This document shows positions 42,604 to 57,600 of a DNA stretch of 64,000 nt, one piece after another. The notes beneath the pieces were generated by a model. It was not told the DNA's origin, did not search any database, and saw only the letters and a program-made list of their open reading frames with translations. The translations under genes were made by a program, and so were the position numbers. The stretch comes from Eledone cirrhosa (lineage: Eukaryota): assembly GCA_964016885.1 (NCBI GenBank), contig OZ024742.1, positions 168,392,001 to 168,456,000 of the forward strand, given 5' to 3'. Each line of letters opens with the position of its first letter. Positions within the stretch are counted from its first letter, which is position 1.

Positions 42604-45600
42604 TCCATTTAAAAAATCCATTAAAAAAAATCCATTAAAAAAAACCATTAAAAAATCCATTAAAAAAAATCCCATTAAAAATACATTAAAAATCCATTAA
42701 AAATCCATTAAAAAATCCATTAAAAATCCATTAAAAATCCATTAAAAATCCATTAAAAAATCCATTAAAAAAAATCCATTAAAAAAATCCATTAAAAAAT
42801 CCATTTAAAAAATCCATTTAAAAAAATCCATTAAAAAAAATCCATTAAAAAAAATCCATTAAAAAAAATCCATTAAAAAAAAAATCCGTTAAAAAAAATC
42901 CATTAAAAACTCAATCAAACACCCAATTAAAAGGCCATAAAAGAAACATTAAAACAGCATTTAAAATACCATTAAAAACGCCATAAAAAATCATTAAAAT
43001 TGTTTTTTATGAAATTTATAATATGGCTTTTAATGAACTTTTTAATGGGCTTTTAGAATCATTAAAATCCCATTAAAAATACATTAAAGGCCCATTAAAA
43101 ACGCCATAAAAAATCCATTAAAAAATATCCATTAAAAAAAAATTCAATCAAAAACCCATAAAAGAAACATTAAAACAGCATTTAAAAAACCCATTAAAAA
43201 TTCATTAAAAAAATCCATTTAAAAAATCCATTAAAAATCCATTAAAAATCCATTAAAAATCCATTAAAAATCCATTAAAAATCCATTAAAAATAATCCAT
43301 TAAAAAAAAATTCAATCAAAAACCCATAAAAGAAACATTAAAACAGCATTTAAAAAATCCATTAAAAAAATCCATTTAAAAAAATCCATTAAAAAAGCCA
43401 TTAAAAATCCATTAAAAATCCATTAAAAAAATCCATTAAAAAAAAATCCATTAAAAAAAATCCATTAAAAATCCATTAAAAAAATCCATTTAAAAAAATC
43501 CATTAAAAATCCATTAAAAACCCATTAAAAATCCATTAAAAATCCATTAAAAATCCATTAAAAAATCCATTTAAAAAACCCATTAAAAAAATCCATTAAA
43601 AAATCCATTTAAAAATCCAGTAAAAAAAATCCATTTAAAAAAACCCATTAAAAAAATCCATTAAAAAAATCCATTTAAAAAATCCATAAAAAAAAATCCA
43701 TAAAAAAAATCCATTAAAAAAAATCCATTAAAAAAAAAATCCGTTAAAAAAAATCCATTAAAAATCCATTAAAAATCCATTAAAAATCCATTAAAAATCC
43801 ATTAAAAATCCATTTAAAAAAATCCATTAAAAAAATCCATTAAAAAAATCCATTTAAAAAATCCATTAAAAAAAATCCATTAAAAAAAAATCCATTAAAA
43901 AAAATCCATTAAAAAAAATCAATTTAAAAAAATCCATTAAAAATCCATTAAAAAAATCCATTTAAAAAAATCCATTAAAAACCCATTAAAAATCCATTAA
44001 AAATCCATTAAAAAATCCATTTAAAAAAACCATTAAAAAAAATCCATTAAAAAAATCCATTTAAAAAATCCATTAAAAAAAAATCCATTAAAAAAAACCC
44101 ATAAAAAAAAATCCATTAAAAAAATCCATTTAAAAAATCCATTAAAAAAAATCCATTAAAAAAAACTCAATCAAAAACCCATAAAAGAAACATTAAAACA
44201 GCATTTAAAAAATCCATTAAAAATCCATTAAAAAAATCCATTTAAAAAATCCATTAAAAAATCCATTAAAAATCCATTAAAAATCCATTAAAAAATCCAT
44301 TTAAAAAAATCCATTGAAAAAATCCATTTAAAAAATCCATTAAAAAATCCATTTAAAAAATCCATTAAAAAAAATCCATTAAAAAAAACCATTAAAAAAT
44401 CCATTAAAAAAAATCCCATTAAAAATACATTAAAGGCCCATTAAAAACGCCATAAAAAATCCATTAAAAAAATCCATTAAAAAAAAACTCAATCAAAAAC
44501 CCATAAAAGAAACATTAAAACAGCATTTAAAAAATCCATTAAAAAAATCCATTTAAAAAAATCCATTAAAAAATCCATTAATAATCCATTAAAAATCCAT
44601 TAAAAATCCATTAAAAATCCATTAAAAAATCCATTAAAAATCCATTAAAAATCCATTAAAAATCCATTAAAAAATCCATTTAAAAAAATCCAATAAAAAA
44701 ATCCATTAAAAAATCCATTTAAAAAATCCATTTAAAAAAATCCATTAAAAAAAATCCATTAAAAAAAAATCCATTAAAAAAAATCCATTAAAAAAAAATC
44801 CGTTAAAAAAAATCCATTAAAAACTCAATCAAACACCCAATTAAAAGGCCATAAAAGAAACATTAAAACAGCATTTAAAATACCATTAAAAACGCCATAA
44901 AAAATCATTAAAATTGTTTTTTATGAAATTTATAATATGGCTTTTAATGAACTTTTTAATGGGCTTTTAGAATCATTAAAATCCCATTAAAAATACATTA
45001 AAGGCCATAAAAAATCCATTAAAAAAAATCCATTAAAAAAAAATTCAATCAAAAACCCATAAAAGAAACATTAAAACAACATTTAAAAAACCCATTAAAA
45101 ATTCATTAAAAAAATCCATTTAAAAAATCCATTAAAAATCCATTAAAAATCCATTAAAAATCCATTAAAAATCCATTAAAAATCCATTAAAAATAATCCA
45201 TTAAAAAAAAATTCAATCAAAAACCCATAAAAGAAACATTAAAACAGCATTTAAAAAATCCATTAAAAAAAATCCATTAAAAAAGCCATTAAAAATCCAT
45301 TAAAAATCCATTAAAAAAAAATCCATTAAAAAAATCCATTAAAAATCCATTAAAAAAATCCATTTAAAAAAATCCATTAAAAAATCCATTAAAAATCCAT
45401 TAAAAATCCATTAAAAAATCCATTTAAAAAACCCATTAAAAAAATCCATTTAAAAAATCCATTTAAAAAATCCATTAAAAAAAATCCATTTAAAAAAACC
45501 CATTAAAAAAAATCCATTAAGAAAATCCATTTAAAAAATCCATTAAAAAAAATCCATTAAAAAAAATCCATTAAAAAAAATCCATTAAAAAAAAATCCGT

Positions 45601-48600
45601 TAAAAAAAATCCATTAAAAAAAAATCCGTTAAAAAAATCCATTAAAAGCTCAATCCCATTAAAAACGCCATAAAAATCATTAAAATCCAATTAAAGATAC
45701 ATTAAAGGCCCATTAAAAACGCCATAAAAAATCCATTAAAAAAATCCATTAAAAAAACTCAATCAAAAACCCATAAAAGAAACATTAAAACAGCATTTAA
45801 AAAATCCATTAAAAATCCATTAAAAAAATCCATTTAATAAAATCCATTAAAAAATCCATTAAAAATCCATTAAAAATCCATTAAAAATCCATTAAAAATC
45901 CATTAAAAATCCATTAAAAAACCCATTTAAAAAAATCCATTAAAAAAATCCATTAAAAAAATCCATTAAAAAAAGCCATTAAAAAAATCCATTTAAAAAA
46001 AGCCATTAAAAAAATCCATTAAAAAAAAATCCATTAAAAATCCATTAAAAAAATCCATTTAAAAAAATCCATTAAAAACCCATTAAAAATCCATTAAAAA
46101 ATCCATTAAAAAACCCATTAAAAAAAATCCATTAGAAAAATCCATTTAAAAAATCCATTAAAAAAAAATCCATTTAAAAAACCCATTAAAAAAAATCCAT
46201 TAAAAAAATCCATTTAAAAAATCCATTAAAAAAATCCATTAAAAAAATCCATTTAAAAAATCCATAAAAAAAACCCATTAAAAAAAATCCATTAAAAAAA
46301 AATCCATTAAAAAAAATCCATTAAAAAAAATCCATTAAAAATCCATTAAAAAAAATCCATTTAAAAAAAATTCATTAAAAAATCCATTAAAAATCCATTA
46401 AAAATCCATTTAAAAAAATCCATTTAAAAAATCCATTTAAAAAACCCATTACAAAAAATACATTAAAAAAAATCCATAAAAAAAAAAGCCATTAAAAAAA
46501 ATCCATTAAAAAAAATCTATTAAAAATCCATTAAAAATCCATTAAAAATCCATTAAAAAGCCATTAAAAATCCATTAAAATCCATTAAAAATCCATTAAA
46601 AATCCATTAAAAATCCATTAAAAATCCATTAAAAAATCCATTTAAAAAAATCCATTAAAAAATCCATTAAAAAATCCATTTAAAAAATCCATTAAAAAAA
46701 TCCATTAAAAAAAATCCATTAAAAAAAAAATCCATTAAAAAAAATCAATTTAAAAAAATCCATTAAAAATCCATTAAAAAAATCCATTTAAAAAAATCCA
46801 TTAAAAACCCATTAAAAACCCATTAAAAATCCATTAAAAATCCATTTAAAAAACCCATTAAAAAAAATCCATTAAAAAAAATCCATTTAAAAAATCCATT
46901 AAAAAAAATCCATTAAAAAAACCCATTAAAAAAATCCATTAAAAAAATCCATTTAAAAAATCCATTAAAAAAAATTCATTAAAAAAAAATCCATAAAAAA
47001 ATCCATTAAAAAAATCCATTTAAAAAAATCCATTAAAAAAAATCCATTAAAAATCCATTAAAAAAATCCATTAAAAAAAATCCATTAAAAAATCCATTAA
47101 AAAACCCATTAAAAATCCATTAAAAATCCATTAAAAATCCATTTAAAAAACCCATTAAAAAAATCCATTTAAAAAACCCATTAAAAAAAGCCATTAAAAA
47201 ATCCATTTAAAAAATCCATTAAAAAAAATCCATTTAAAACAACCCATTAAAAAAAATCCATTAAAAAAACCCATTAAAAAAATCCATTAAAAAAATCCAT
47301 TTAAAAAATCCATTAAAAAAAATCCATTAAAAAAAATCCATAAAAAAATCCATTAAAAAAATCCATTAAAAATCCATTAAAAAAAATCCATTTAAAAAAG
47401 CCATTAAAAAATCCATTAAAAATCCATTAAAAATCCATTTAAAAAACCCATTAAAAAATCCATTAAAAAAATCCATTTAAAAAATCCATTAAAAAAAATC
47501 CATTTAAAAAAACCCATTTAAAAAAATCCATTAAAAAAATCCATTTAAAAAATCCATTAAAAAAAATCCATTAAAAAAAATCCGTTAAAAAAAATCCATT
47601 AAAAACTCAATCAAAAACCCAATTAAAAGGCCATAAAAGAAACATTAAAACAGCATTTAAAATACCATTAAAAACGCCATAAAAAATCATTAAAATTGTT
47701 TTTTATGAAATTTATAATATGGCTTTTAATGAATTTTTTAATGGGCTTTTAGAAACATTAAAATCCCATTAAAAATACATTAAAGGCCCATTAAAAACGC
47801 CATAAAAAATCCATTAAAAAAATCAATTAAAAAAAAACTCAATCAAAAACACATAAAAGAAACATTAAAACAGCATTTAAAAAATCCATTAAAAATCCAT
47901 TAAAAAAAAATCCATTAAAAAAATCCATTAAAAATCCATTAAAAAAATCCATTTAAAAAAATCCATTAAAAAATCCATTAAAAACCCATTAAAAATCCAT
48001 TAAAAATCCATTAAAAATCCATTAAAAAATCCATTTAAAAAACCCATTAAAAAAATCCATTAAAAAATCCATTTAAAAATCCATTAAAAAAAATCCATTT
48101 AAAAAAACCCATTAAAAAAAATCCATTAAAAAAATCCATTTAAAAAATCCATAAAAAAAAATCCATAAAAAAAATCCATTAAAAAAAATCCATTAAAAAA
48201 AAATTCAATCAAAAACCCATAAAAGAAACATTAAAACAGCATTTAAAAAACCCATTAAAAATTCATTAAAAAAATCCATTTAAAAAATCCATTAAAAATC
48301 CATTAAAAATCCATTAAAAATCCATTAAAAATCCATTAAAAATCCATTAAAAATAATCCATTAAAAAAAAATTCAATCAAAAACCCATAAAAGAAACATT
48401 AAAACAGCATTTAAAAAATCCATTAAAAAAATCCATTTAAAAAAATCCATTAAAAAAGCCATTAAAAATCCATTAAAAATCCATTAAAAAAATCCATTTA
48501 AAAAAATCCATTAAAAATCCATTAAAAACCCATTAAAAATCCATTAAAAATCCATTAAAAATCCATTAAAAAATCCATTTAAAAAACCCATTAAAAAAAT

Positions 48601-51600
48601 CCATTAAAAAATCCATTTAAAAATCCAGTAAAAAAAATCCATTTAAAAAAACCCATTAAAAAAAATCCATTAAAAAAATCCATTTAAAAAATCCATAAAA
48701 AAAAATCCATAAAAAAAATCCATTAAAAAAAATCCATTACAAAAAAAATCCGTTAAAAAAAATCCATTAAAAATCCATTAAAAATCCATTAAAAATCCAT
48801 TAAAAATCCATTAAAAATCCATTTAAAAAAATCCATTAAAAAAATCCATTAAAAAAATCCATTTAAAAAATCCATTAAAAAAAATCCATTAAAAAAAAAT
48901 CCATTAAAAAAAATCCATTAAAAAAATCAATTTAAAAAAATCCATTAAAAATCCATTAAAAAAATCCATTTAAAAAAATCCATTAAAAACCCATTAAAAA
49001 TCCATTAAAAATCCATAAAAAAATCCATTTAAAAAAACCATTAAAAAAAATCCATTAAAAAAATCCATTTAAAAAATCCATTAAAAAAAAATCCATTAAA
49101 AAAAACCCATTAAAAAAAATCCATTAAAAAAATCCATTTAAAAAATCCATTAAAAAAAATCCATTAAAAAAAACTCAATCAAAAACCCATAAAAGAAACA
49201 TTAAAACAGCATTTAAAAAATCCATTAAAAAAATCCATTTAAAAAATCCATTAAAAAAAATCCATTTAAAAAAACCCATTTAAAAAAATCCATTAAAAAA
49301 ATCCATTTAAAAAATCCATTAAAAAAAATCCATTAAAAAAATCCATAAAAAAAATCCATTAAAAAAAATCCATTAAAAAAAAATCCGTTAAAAAAAATCC
49401 ATTAAAAACTCAATCAAAAACCCAATTAAAAGGCCATAAAAGAAACATTAAAACAGCATTTAAAATACCATTAAAAACGCCATAAAAAATCATTAAAATT
49501 GTTTTTTATGAAATTTATAATATGGCTTTTAATGAATTTTTTAATGGGCTTTTAGAATCATTAAAATCCCATTAAAAATACATTAAAGGCCCATTAAAAA
49601 CGCCATAAAAAATCCATTAAAAAAATCCATTAAAAAAAAACTCAATCAAAAACACATAAAAGAAACATTAAAACAGCATTTAAAAAATCCATTAAAAATC
49701 CATTAAAAAAAAATCCATTAAAAAAATCCATTAAAAATCCATTAAAAAAATCCATTTAAAAAAATCCATTAAAAAATCCATTAAAAACCCATTAAAAATC
49801 CATTAAAAATCCATTAAAAATCCATTAAAAAATCCATTTAAAAAACCCATTAAAAAAAATCCATTAAAAAAATCCATTTAAAAAATCCATAAAAAAAAAT
49901 CCATAAAAAAAATCCATTAAAAAAAATCCATTAAAAAAAAAATCCGTTAAAAAAAATCCATTAAAAATCCATTAAAAATCCATTAAAAATCCATTAAAAA
50001 TCCATTAAAAATCCATTAAAAATCCATTAAAAATCCATTTAAAAAAATCCATTAAAAAAATCCATTAAAAAAATCCATTTAAAAAATCCATTAAAAAAAA
50101 TCCATTAAAAAAAAATCCATTAAAAAAAATCCATTAAAAAAAATCAATTTAAAAAAATCCATTAAAAATCCATTAAAAAAATCCATTTAAAAAAATCCAT
50201 TAAAAACCCATTAAAAATCCATTAAAAATCTATTAAAAAATCCATTTAAAAAAACCATTAAAAAAAATCCAATAAAAAAATCCATTTAAAAAATCCATTA
50301 AAAAAAAATCCATTAAAAAAATCCATTTAAAAAATCCATTAAAAAAAATCCATTAAAAAAAACTCAATCAAAAACCCATAAAAGAAACATTAAAACAGCA
50401 TTTAAAAAATCCATTAAAAATCCATTAAAAGAATCCATTTAAAAAATCCATTAAAAAATCCATTAAAAATCCATTAAAAATCCATTAAAAAATCCATTTA
50501 AAAAAATCCATTAAAAAAATCCTTTAAAAAATCCATTTAAAAATCCATTTAAAAAATCCATTAAAAAAAATCCATTAAAAAAAACCATTAAAAAATCCAT
50601 TAAAAAAAATCCCATTAAAAATACATTAAAAATCCATTAAAAATCCATTAAAAAATCCATTAAAAATCCATTAAAAATCCATTAAAAATCCATTAAAAAA
50701 TCCATTAAAAAAAATCCATTAAAAAAATCCATTAAAAAATCCATTTAAAAAATCCATTTAAAAAAATCCATTAAAAAAAATCCATTAAAAAAAATCCATT
50801 AAAAAAAATCCATTAAAAAAAAAATCCGTTAAAAAAAATCCATTAAAAACTCAATCAAACACCCAATTAAAAGGCCATAAAAGAAACATTAAAACAGCAT
50901 TTAAAATACCATTAAAAACGCCATAAAAAATCATTAAAATTGTTTTTTATGAAATTTATAATATGGCTTTTAATGAACTTTTTAATGGGCTTTTAGAATC
51001 ATTAAAATCCCATTAAAAATACATTAAAGGCCCATTAAAAACGCCATAAAAAATCCATTAAAAAATATCCATTAAAAAAAAATTCAATCAAAAACCCATA
51101 AAAGAAACATTAAAACAGCATTTAAAAAACCCATTAAAAATTCATTAAAAAAATCCATTTAAAAAATCCATTAAAAATCCATTAAAAATCCATTAAAAAT
51201 ACATTAAAAATCCATTAAAAATCCATTAAAAATAATCCATTAAAAAAAAATTCAATCAAAAACCCATAAAAGAAACATTAAAACAGCATTTAAAAAATCC
51301 ATTAAAAAAATCCATTTAAAAAAATCCATTAAAAAAGCCATTAAAAATCCATTAAAAATCCATTAAAAAAATCCATTAAAAAAAAATCCATTAAAAAAAA
51401 TCCATTAAAAATCCATTAAAAAAATCCATTTAAAAAAATCCATTAAAAATCCATTAAAAACCCATTAAAAATCCATTAAAAATCCATTAAAAATCCATTA
51501 AAAAATCCATTTAAAAAACCCATTAAAAAAATCCATTAAAAAATCCATTTAAAAATCCAGTAAAAAAAATCCATTTAAAAAAACCCATTAAAAAAAATCC

Positions 51601-54600
51601 ATTAAAAAAATCCATTTAAAAAATCCATAAAAAAAAATCCATAAAAAAAATCCATTAAAAAAAATCCATTAAAAAAAAAATCCGTTAAAAAAAATCCATT
51701 AAAAATCCATTAAAAATCCATTAAAAATCCATTAAAAATCCATTAAAAATCCATTTAAAAAAATCCATTAAAAAAATCCATTAAAAAAATCCATTTAAAA
51801 AATCCATTAAAAAAAATCCATTAAAAAAAAATCCATTAAAAAAAATCCATTAAAAAAAATCAATTTAAAAAAATCCATTAAAAATCCATTAAAAAAATCC
51901 ATTTAAAAAAATCCATTAAAAACCCATTAAAAATCCATTAAAAATCCATTAAAAAATCCATTTAAAAAAACCATTAAAAAAAATCCATTAAAAAAATCCA
52001 TTTAAAAAATCCATTAAAAAAAAATCCATTAAAAAAAACCCATAAAAAAAAATCCATTAAAAAAATCCATTTAAAAAATCCATTAAAAAAAATCCATTAA
52101 AAAAAACTCAATCAAAAACCCATAAAAGAAACATTAAAACAGCATTTAAAAAATCCATTAAAAATCCATTAAAAAAATCCATTTAAAAAATCCATTAAAA
52201 AATCCATTAAAAATCCATTAAAAATCCATTAAAAAATCCATTTAAAAAAATCCATTGAAAAAATCCATTTAAAAAATCCATTAAAAAATCCATTTAAAAA
52301 ATCCATTAAAAAAAATCCATTAAAAAAAAACCATTAAAAAATCCATTAAAAAAAATCCCATTAAAAATACATTAAAGGCCCATTAAAAACGCCATAAAAA
52401 ATCCATTAAAAAAATCCATTAAAAAAAAACTCAATCAAAAACCCATAAAAGAAACATTAAAACAGCATTTAAAAAATCCATTAAAAAAATCCATTTAAAA
52501 AAATCCATTAAAAAATCCATTAATAATCCATTAAAAATCCATTAAAAATCCATTAAAAATCCATTAAAAAATCCATTAAAAATCCATTAAAAATCCATTA
52601 AAAATCCATTAAAAAATCCATTTAAAAAAATCCATTAAAAAAATCCATTAAAAAATCCATTTAAAAAATCCATTTAAAAAAATCCATTAAAAAAAATCCA
52701 TTAAAAAAAAATCCATTAAAAAAAATCCATTAAAAAAAAAATCCGTTAAAAAAAATCCATTAAAAACTCAATCAAACACCCAATTAAAAGGCCATAAAAG
52801 AAACATTAAAACAGCATTTAAAATACCATTAAAAACGCCATAAAAAATCATTAAAATTGTTTTTTATGAAATTTATAATATGGCTTTTAATGAACTTTTT
52901 AATGGGCTTTTAGAATCATTAAAATCCCATTAAAAATACATTAAAGGCCATAAAAAATCCATTAAAAAAAATCCATTAAAAAAAAATTCAATCAAAAACC
53001 CATAAAAGAAACATTAAAACAGCATTTAAAAAACCCATTAAAAATTCATTAAAAAAATCCATTTAAAAAATCCATTAAAAATCCATTAAAAATCCATTAA
53101 AAATCCATTAAAAATCCATTAAAAATAATCCATTAAAAAAAAATTCAATCAAAAACCCATAAAAGAAACATTAAAACAGCATTTAAAAAATCCATTAAAA
53201 AAAATCCATTTAAAAAAATCCATTAAAAAAGCCATTAAAAATCCATTAAAAATCCATTAAAAAAAATCCATTAAAAAAATCCATTAAAAAAATCCATTAA
53301 AAAAAGCCATTAAAAAAATCCATTTAAAAAAAGCCATTAAAAAAATCCATTAAAAAAAAATCCATTAAAAATCCATTAAAAAAATCCATTTAAAAAAATC
53401 CATTAAAAACCCATTAAAAATCCATTAAAAAATCCATTAAAAAACCCATTAAAAAAAATCCATTAGAAAAATCCATTTAAAAAATCCATTAAAAAAAATC
53501 CATTTAAAAAACCCATTAAAAAAAATCCATTAAAAAAATCCATTTAAAAATCCATTTAAAAAATCCATTAAAAAAATCCATTTAAAAAATCCATAAAAAA
53601 AAACCATTAAAAAAAATCCATTAAAAAAAAATCCATTAAAAAAAATCCATTAAAAAAAATCCATTAAAAATCCATTAAAAAAAATCCATTTAAAAAAAAT
53701 TCATTAAAAAATCCATTAAAAATCCATTAAAAATCCATTTAAAAAAATCCATTTAAAAAATCCATTTAAAAAACCCATTACAAAAAATACATTAAAAAAA
53801 ATCCATAAAAAAAAAAGCCATTAAAAAAAATCCATTAAAAAAAATCTATTAAAAATCCATTAAAAATCCATTAAAAATCCATTAAAAATCCATTAAAAAT
53901 CCATTAAAAATCCATTAAAAAGCCATTAAAAATCCATTAAAATCCATTAAAAATCCATTAAAAATCCATTAAAAATCCATTAAAAATCCATTTAAAAATC
54001 CATTTAAAAAAATCCATTAAAAAATCCATTAAAAAATCCATTTAAAAAATCCATTAAAAAAATCCATTAAAAAAAATCCATTAAAAAAAAAATCCATTAA
54101 AAAAAATCAATTTAAAAAAATCCATTAAAAATCCATTAAAAAAATCCATTTAAAAAAATCCATTAAAAACCCATTAAAAACCCATTAAAAATCCATTAAA
54201 AATCCATTAAAAAAACCCATTAAAAAAAATCCATTAAAAAAAATCCATTTAAAAAATCCATTTAAAAAAATCCATTAAAAAAACCCATTAAAAAAATCCA
54301 TTAAAAAAATCCATTTAAAAAATCCATTAAAAAAAATTCATTAAAAAAAAATCCATAAAAAAATCCATTAAAAAAATCCATTTAAAAAAATCCATTAAAA
54401 AAAATCCATTAAAAATCCATTAAAAAAATCCATTAAAAAAAATCCATTAAAAAATCCATTAAAAAACCCATTAAAAATCCATTAAAAATCCATTAAAAAT
54501 CCATAAAAAATCCATTTAAAAAACCCATTAAAAAAATCCATTTAAAAAACCCATTAAAAAAAGCCATTAAAAAATCCATTTAAAAAATCCATTAAAAAAA

Positions 54601-57600
54601 ATCCATTTAAAACAACCCATTAAAAAAAATCCATTAAAAAAAACCCATTAAAAAAAATCCATTAAAAAAATCCATTTAAAAAATCCATTAAAAAAAATCC
54701 ATTAAAAAAAATCCATAAAAAAATCCATTAAAAAAATCCATTAAAAATCCATTAAAAAAAATCCATTTAAAAAAGCCATTAATAAATCCATTAAAAATCC
54801 ATTAAAAATCCATTTAAAAAACCCATTAAAAAATCCATTAAAAAAATCCATTTAAAAAATCCATTAAAAAAAATCCATTTAAAAAAACCCATTAAAAAAA
54901 TCCATTAAAAAAATCCATTTAAAAAATCCATTAAAAAAAATCCATTAAAAAAATCCATAAAAAAAATCCATTAAAAAAAATCCATTAAAAAAAAATCCGT
55001 TAAAAAAAATCCATTAAAAACTCAATCAAAAACCCAATTAAAAGGCCATAAAAGAAACATTAAAACAGCATTTAAAATACCATTAAAAACGCCATAAAAA
55101 ATCATTAAAATTGTTTTTTATGAAATTTATAATATGGCTTTTAATGAATTTTTTAATGGGCTTTTAGAATCATTAAAATCCCATTAAAAATACATTAAAG
55201 GCCCATTAAAAACGCCATAAAAAATCCATTAAAAAAATCCATTAAAAAAAAACTCAATCAAAAACACATAAAAGAAACATTAAAACAGCATTTAAAAAAT
55301 CCATTAAAAATCCATTAAAAAAAAATCCATTAAAAAAATCCATTAAAAATCCATTAAAAAAATCCATTTAAAAAAATCCATTAAAAAATCCATTAAAAAC
55401 CCATTAAAAATCCATTAAAAATCCATTAAAAATCCATTAAAAAATCCATTTAAAAAACCCATTAAAAAAATCCATTAAAAAATCCATTTAAAAATCCATT
55501 AAAAAAAATCCATTTAAAAAAACCCATTAAAAAAAATCCATTAAAAAAATCCATTTAAAAAATCCATAAAAAAAAATCCATAAAAAAAATCCATTAAAAA
55601 AAATCCATTAAAAAAAAAATCCGTTAAAAAAAATCCATTAAAAATCCATTAAAAATCCATTAAAAATCCATTAAAAATCCATTAAAAATCCATTAAAAAT
55701 CCATTAAAAATCCATTTAAAAAAATCCATTAAAAAAATCCATTAAAAAAATACATTTAAAAAATCCATTAAAAAAAATCCATTAAAAAAAAATCCATTAA
55801 AAAAAATCCATTAAAAAAAATCAATTTAAAAAAATCCATTAAAAATCCATTAAAAAAATCCATTTAAAAAAATCCATTAAAAACCCATTAAAAATCCATT
55901 AAAAATCTATTAAAAAATCCATTTAAAAAAACCATTAAAAAAAATCCAATAAAAAAATCCATTTAAAAAATCCATTAAAAAAAAATCCATTAAAAAAATC
56001 CATTTAAAAAATCCATTAAAAAAAATCCATTAAAAAAAACTCAATCAAAAACCCATAAAAGAAACATTAAAACAGCATTTAAAAAATCCATTAAAAATCC
56101 ATTAAAAGAATCCATTTAAAAAATCCATTAAAAAATCCATTAAAAATCCATTAAAAATCCATTAAAAAATCCATTTAAAAAAATCCATTAAAAAAATCCT
56201 TTAAAAAATCCATTTAAAAATCCATTTAAAAAATCCATTAAAAAAAATCCATTAAAAAAAACCATTAAAAAATCCATTAAAAAAAATCCCATTAAAAATA
56301 CATTAAAAATCCATTAAAAATCCATTAAAAAATCCATTAAAAATCCATTAAAAATCCATTAAAAATCCATTAAAAAATCCATTAAAAAAAATCCATTAAA
56401 AAAATCCATTAAAAAATCCATTTAAAAAATCCATTTAAAAAAATCCATTAAAAAAAATCCATTAAAAAAAATCCATTAAAAAAAATCCATTAAAAAAAAA
56501 ATCCGTTAAAAAAAATCCATTAAAAACTCAATCAAACACCCAATTAAAAGGCCATAAAAGAAACATTAAAACAGCATTTAAAATACCATTAAAAACGCCA
56601 TAAAAAATCATTAAAATTGTTTTTTATGAAATTTATAATATGGCTTTTAATGAACTTTTTAATGGGCTTTTAGAATCATTAAAATCCCATTAAAAATACA
56701 TTAAAGGCCCATTAAAAACGCCATAAAAAATCCATTAAAAAATATCCATTAAAAAAAAATTCAATCAAAAACCCATAAAAGAAACATTAAAACAGCATTT
56801 AAAAAACCCATTAAAAATTCATTAAAAAAATCCATTTAAAAAATCCATTAAAAATCCATTAAAAATCCATTAAAAATCCATTAAAAATCCATTAAAAATC
56901 CATTAAAAATAATCCATTAAAAAAAAATTCAATCAAAAACCCATAAAAGAAACATTAAAACAGCATTTAAAAAATCCATTAAAAAAATCCATTTAAAAAA
57001 ATCCATTAAAAAAGCCATTAAAAATCCATTAAAAATCCATTAAAAAAATCCATTAAAAAAAAATCCATTAAAAAAAATCCATTAAAAATCCATTAAAAAA
57101 TCCATTTAAAAAAATCCATTAAAAATCCATTAAAAACCCATTAAAAATCCATTAAAAATCCATTAAAAATCCATTAAAAAATCCATTTAAAAAACCCATT
57201 AAAAAAATCCATTAAAAAATCCATTTAAAAATCCAGTAAAAAAAATCCATTTAAAAAAACCCATTAAAAAAAATCCATTAAAAAAATCCATTTAAAAAAT
57301 CCATAAAAAAAAATCCATAAAAAAAATCCATTAAAAAAAATCCATTAAAAAAAAAATCCGTTAAAAAAAATCCATTAAAAATCCATTAAAAATCCATTAA
57401 AAATCCATTAAAAATCCATTAAAAATCCATTTAAAAAAATCCATTAAAAAAATCCATTAAAAAAATCCATTTAAAAAATCCATTAAAAAAAATCCATTAA
57501 AAAAAAATCCATTAAAAAAAATCCATTAAAAAAAATCAATTTAAAAAAATCCATTAAAAATCCATTAAAAAAATCCATTTAAAAAAATCCATTAAAAACC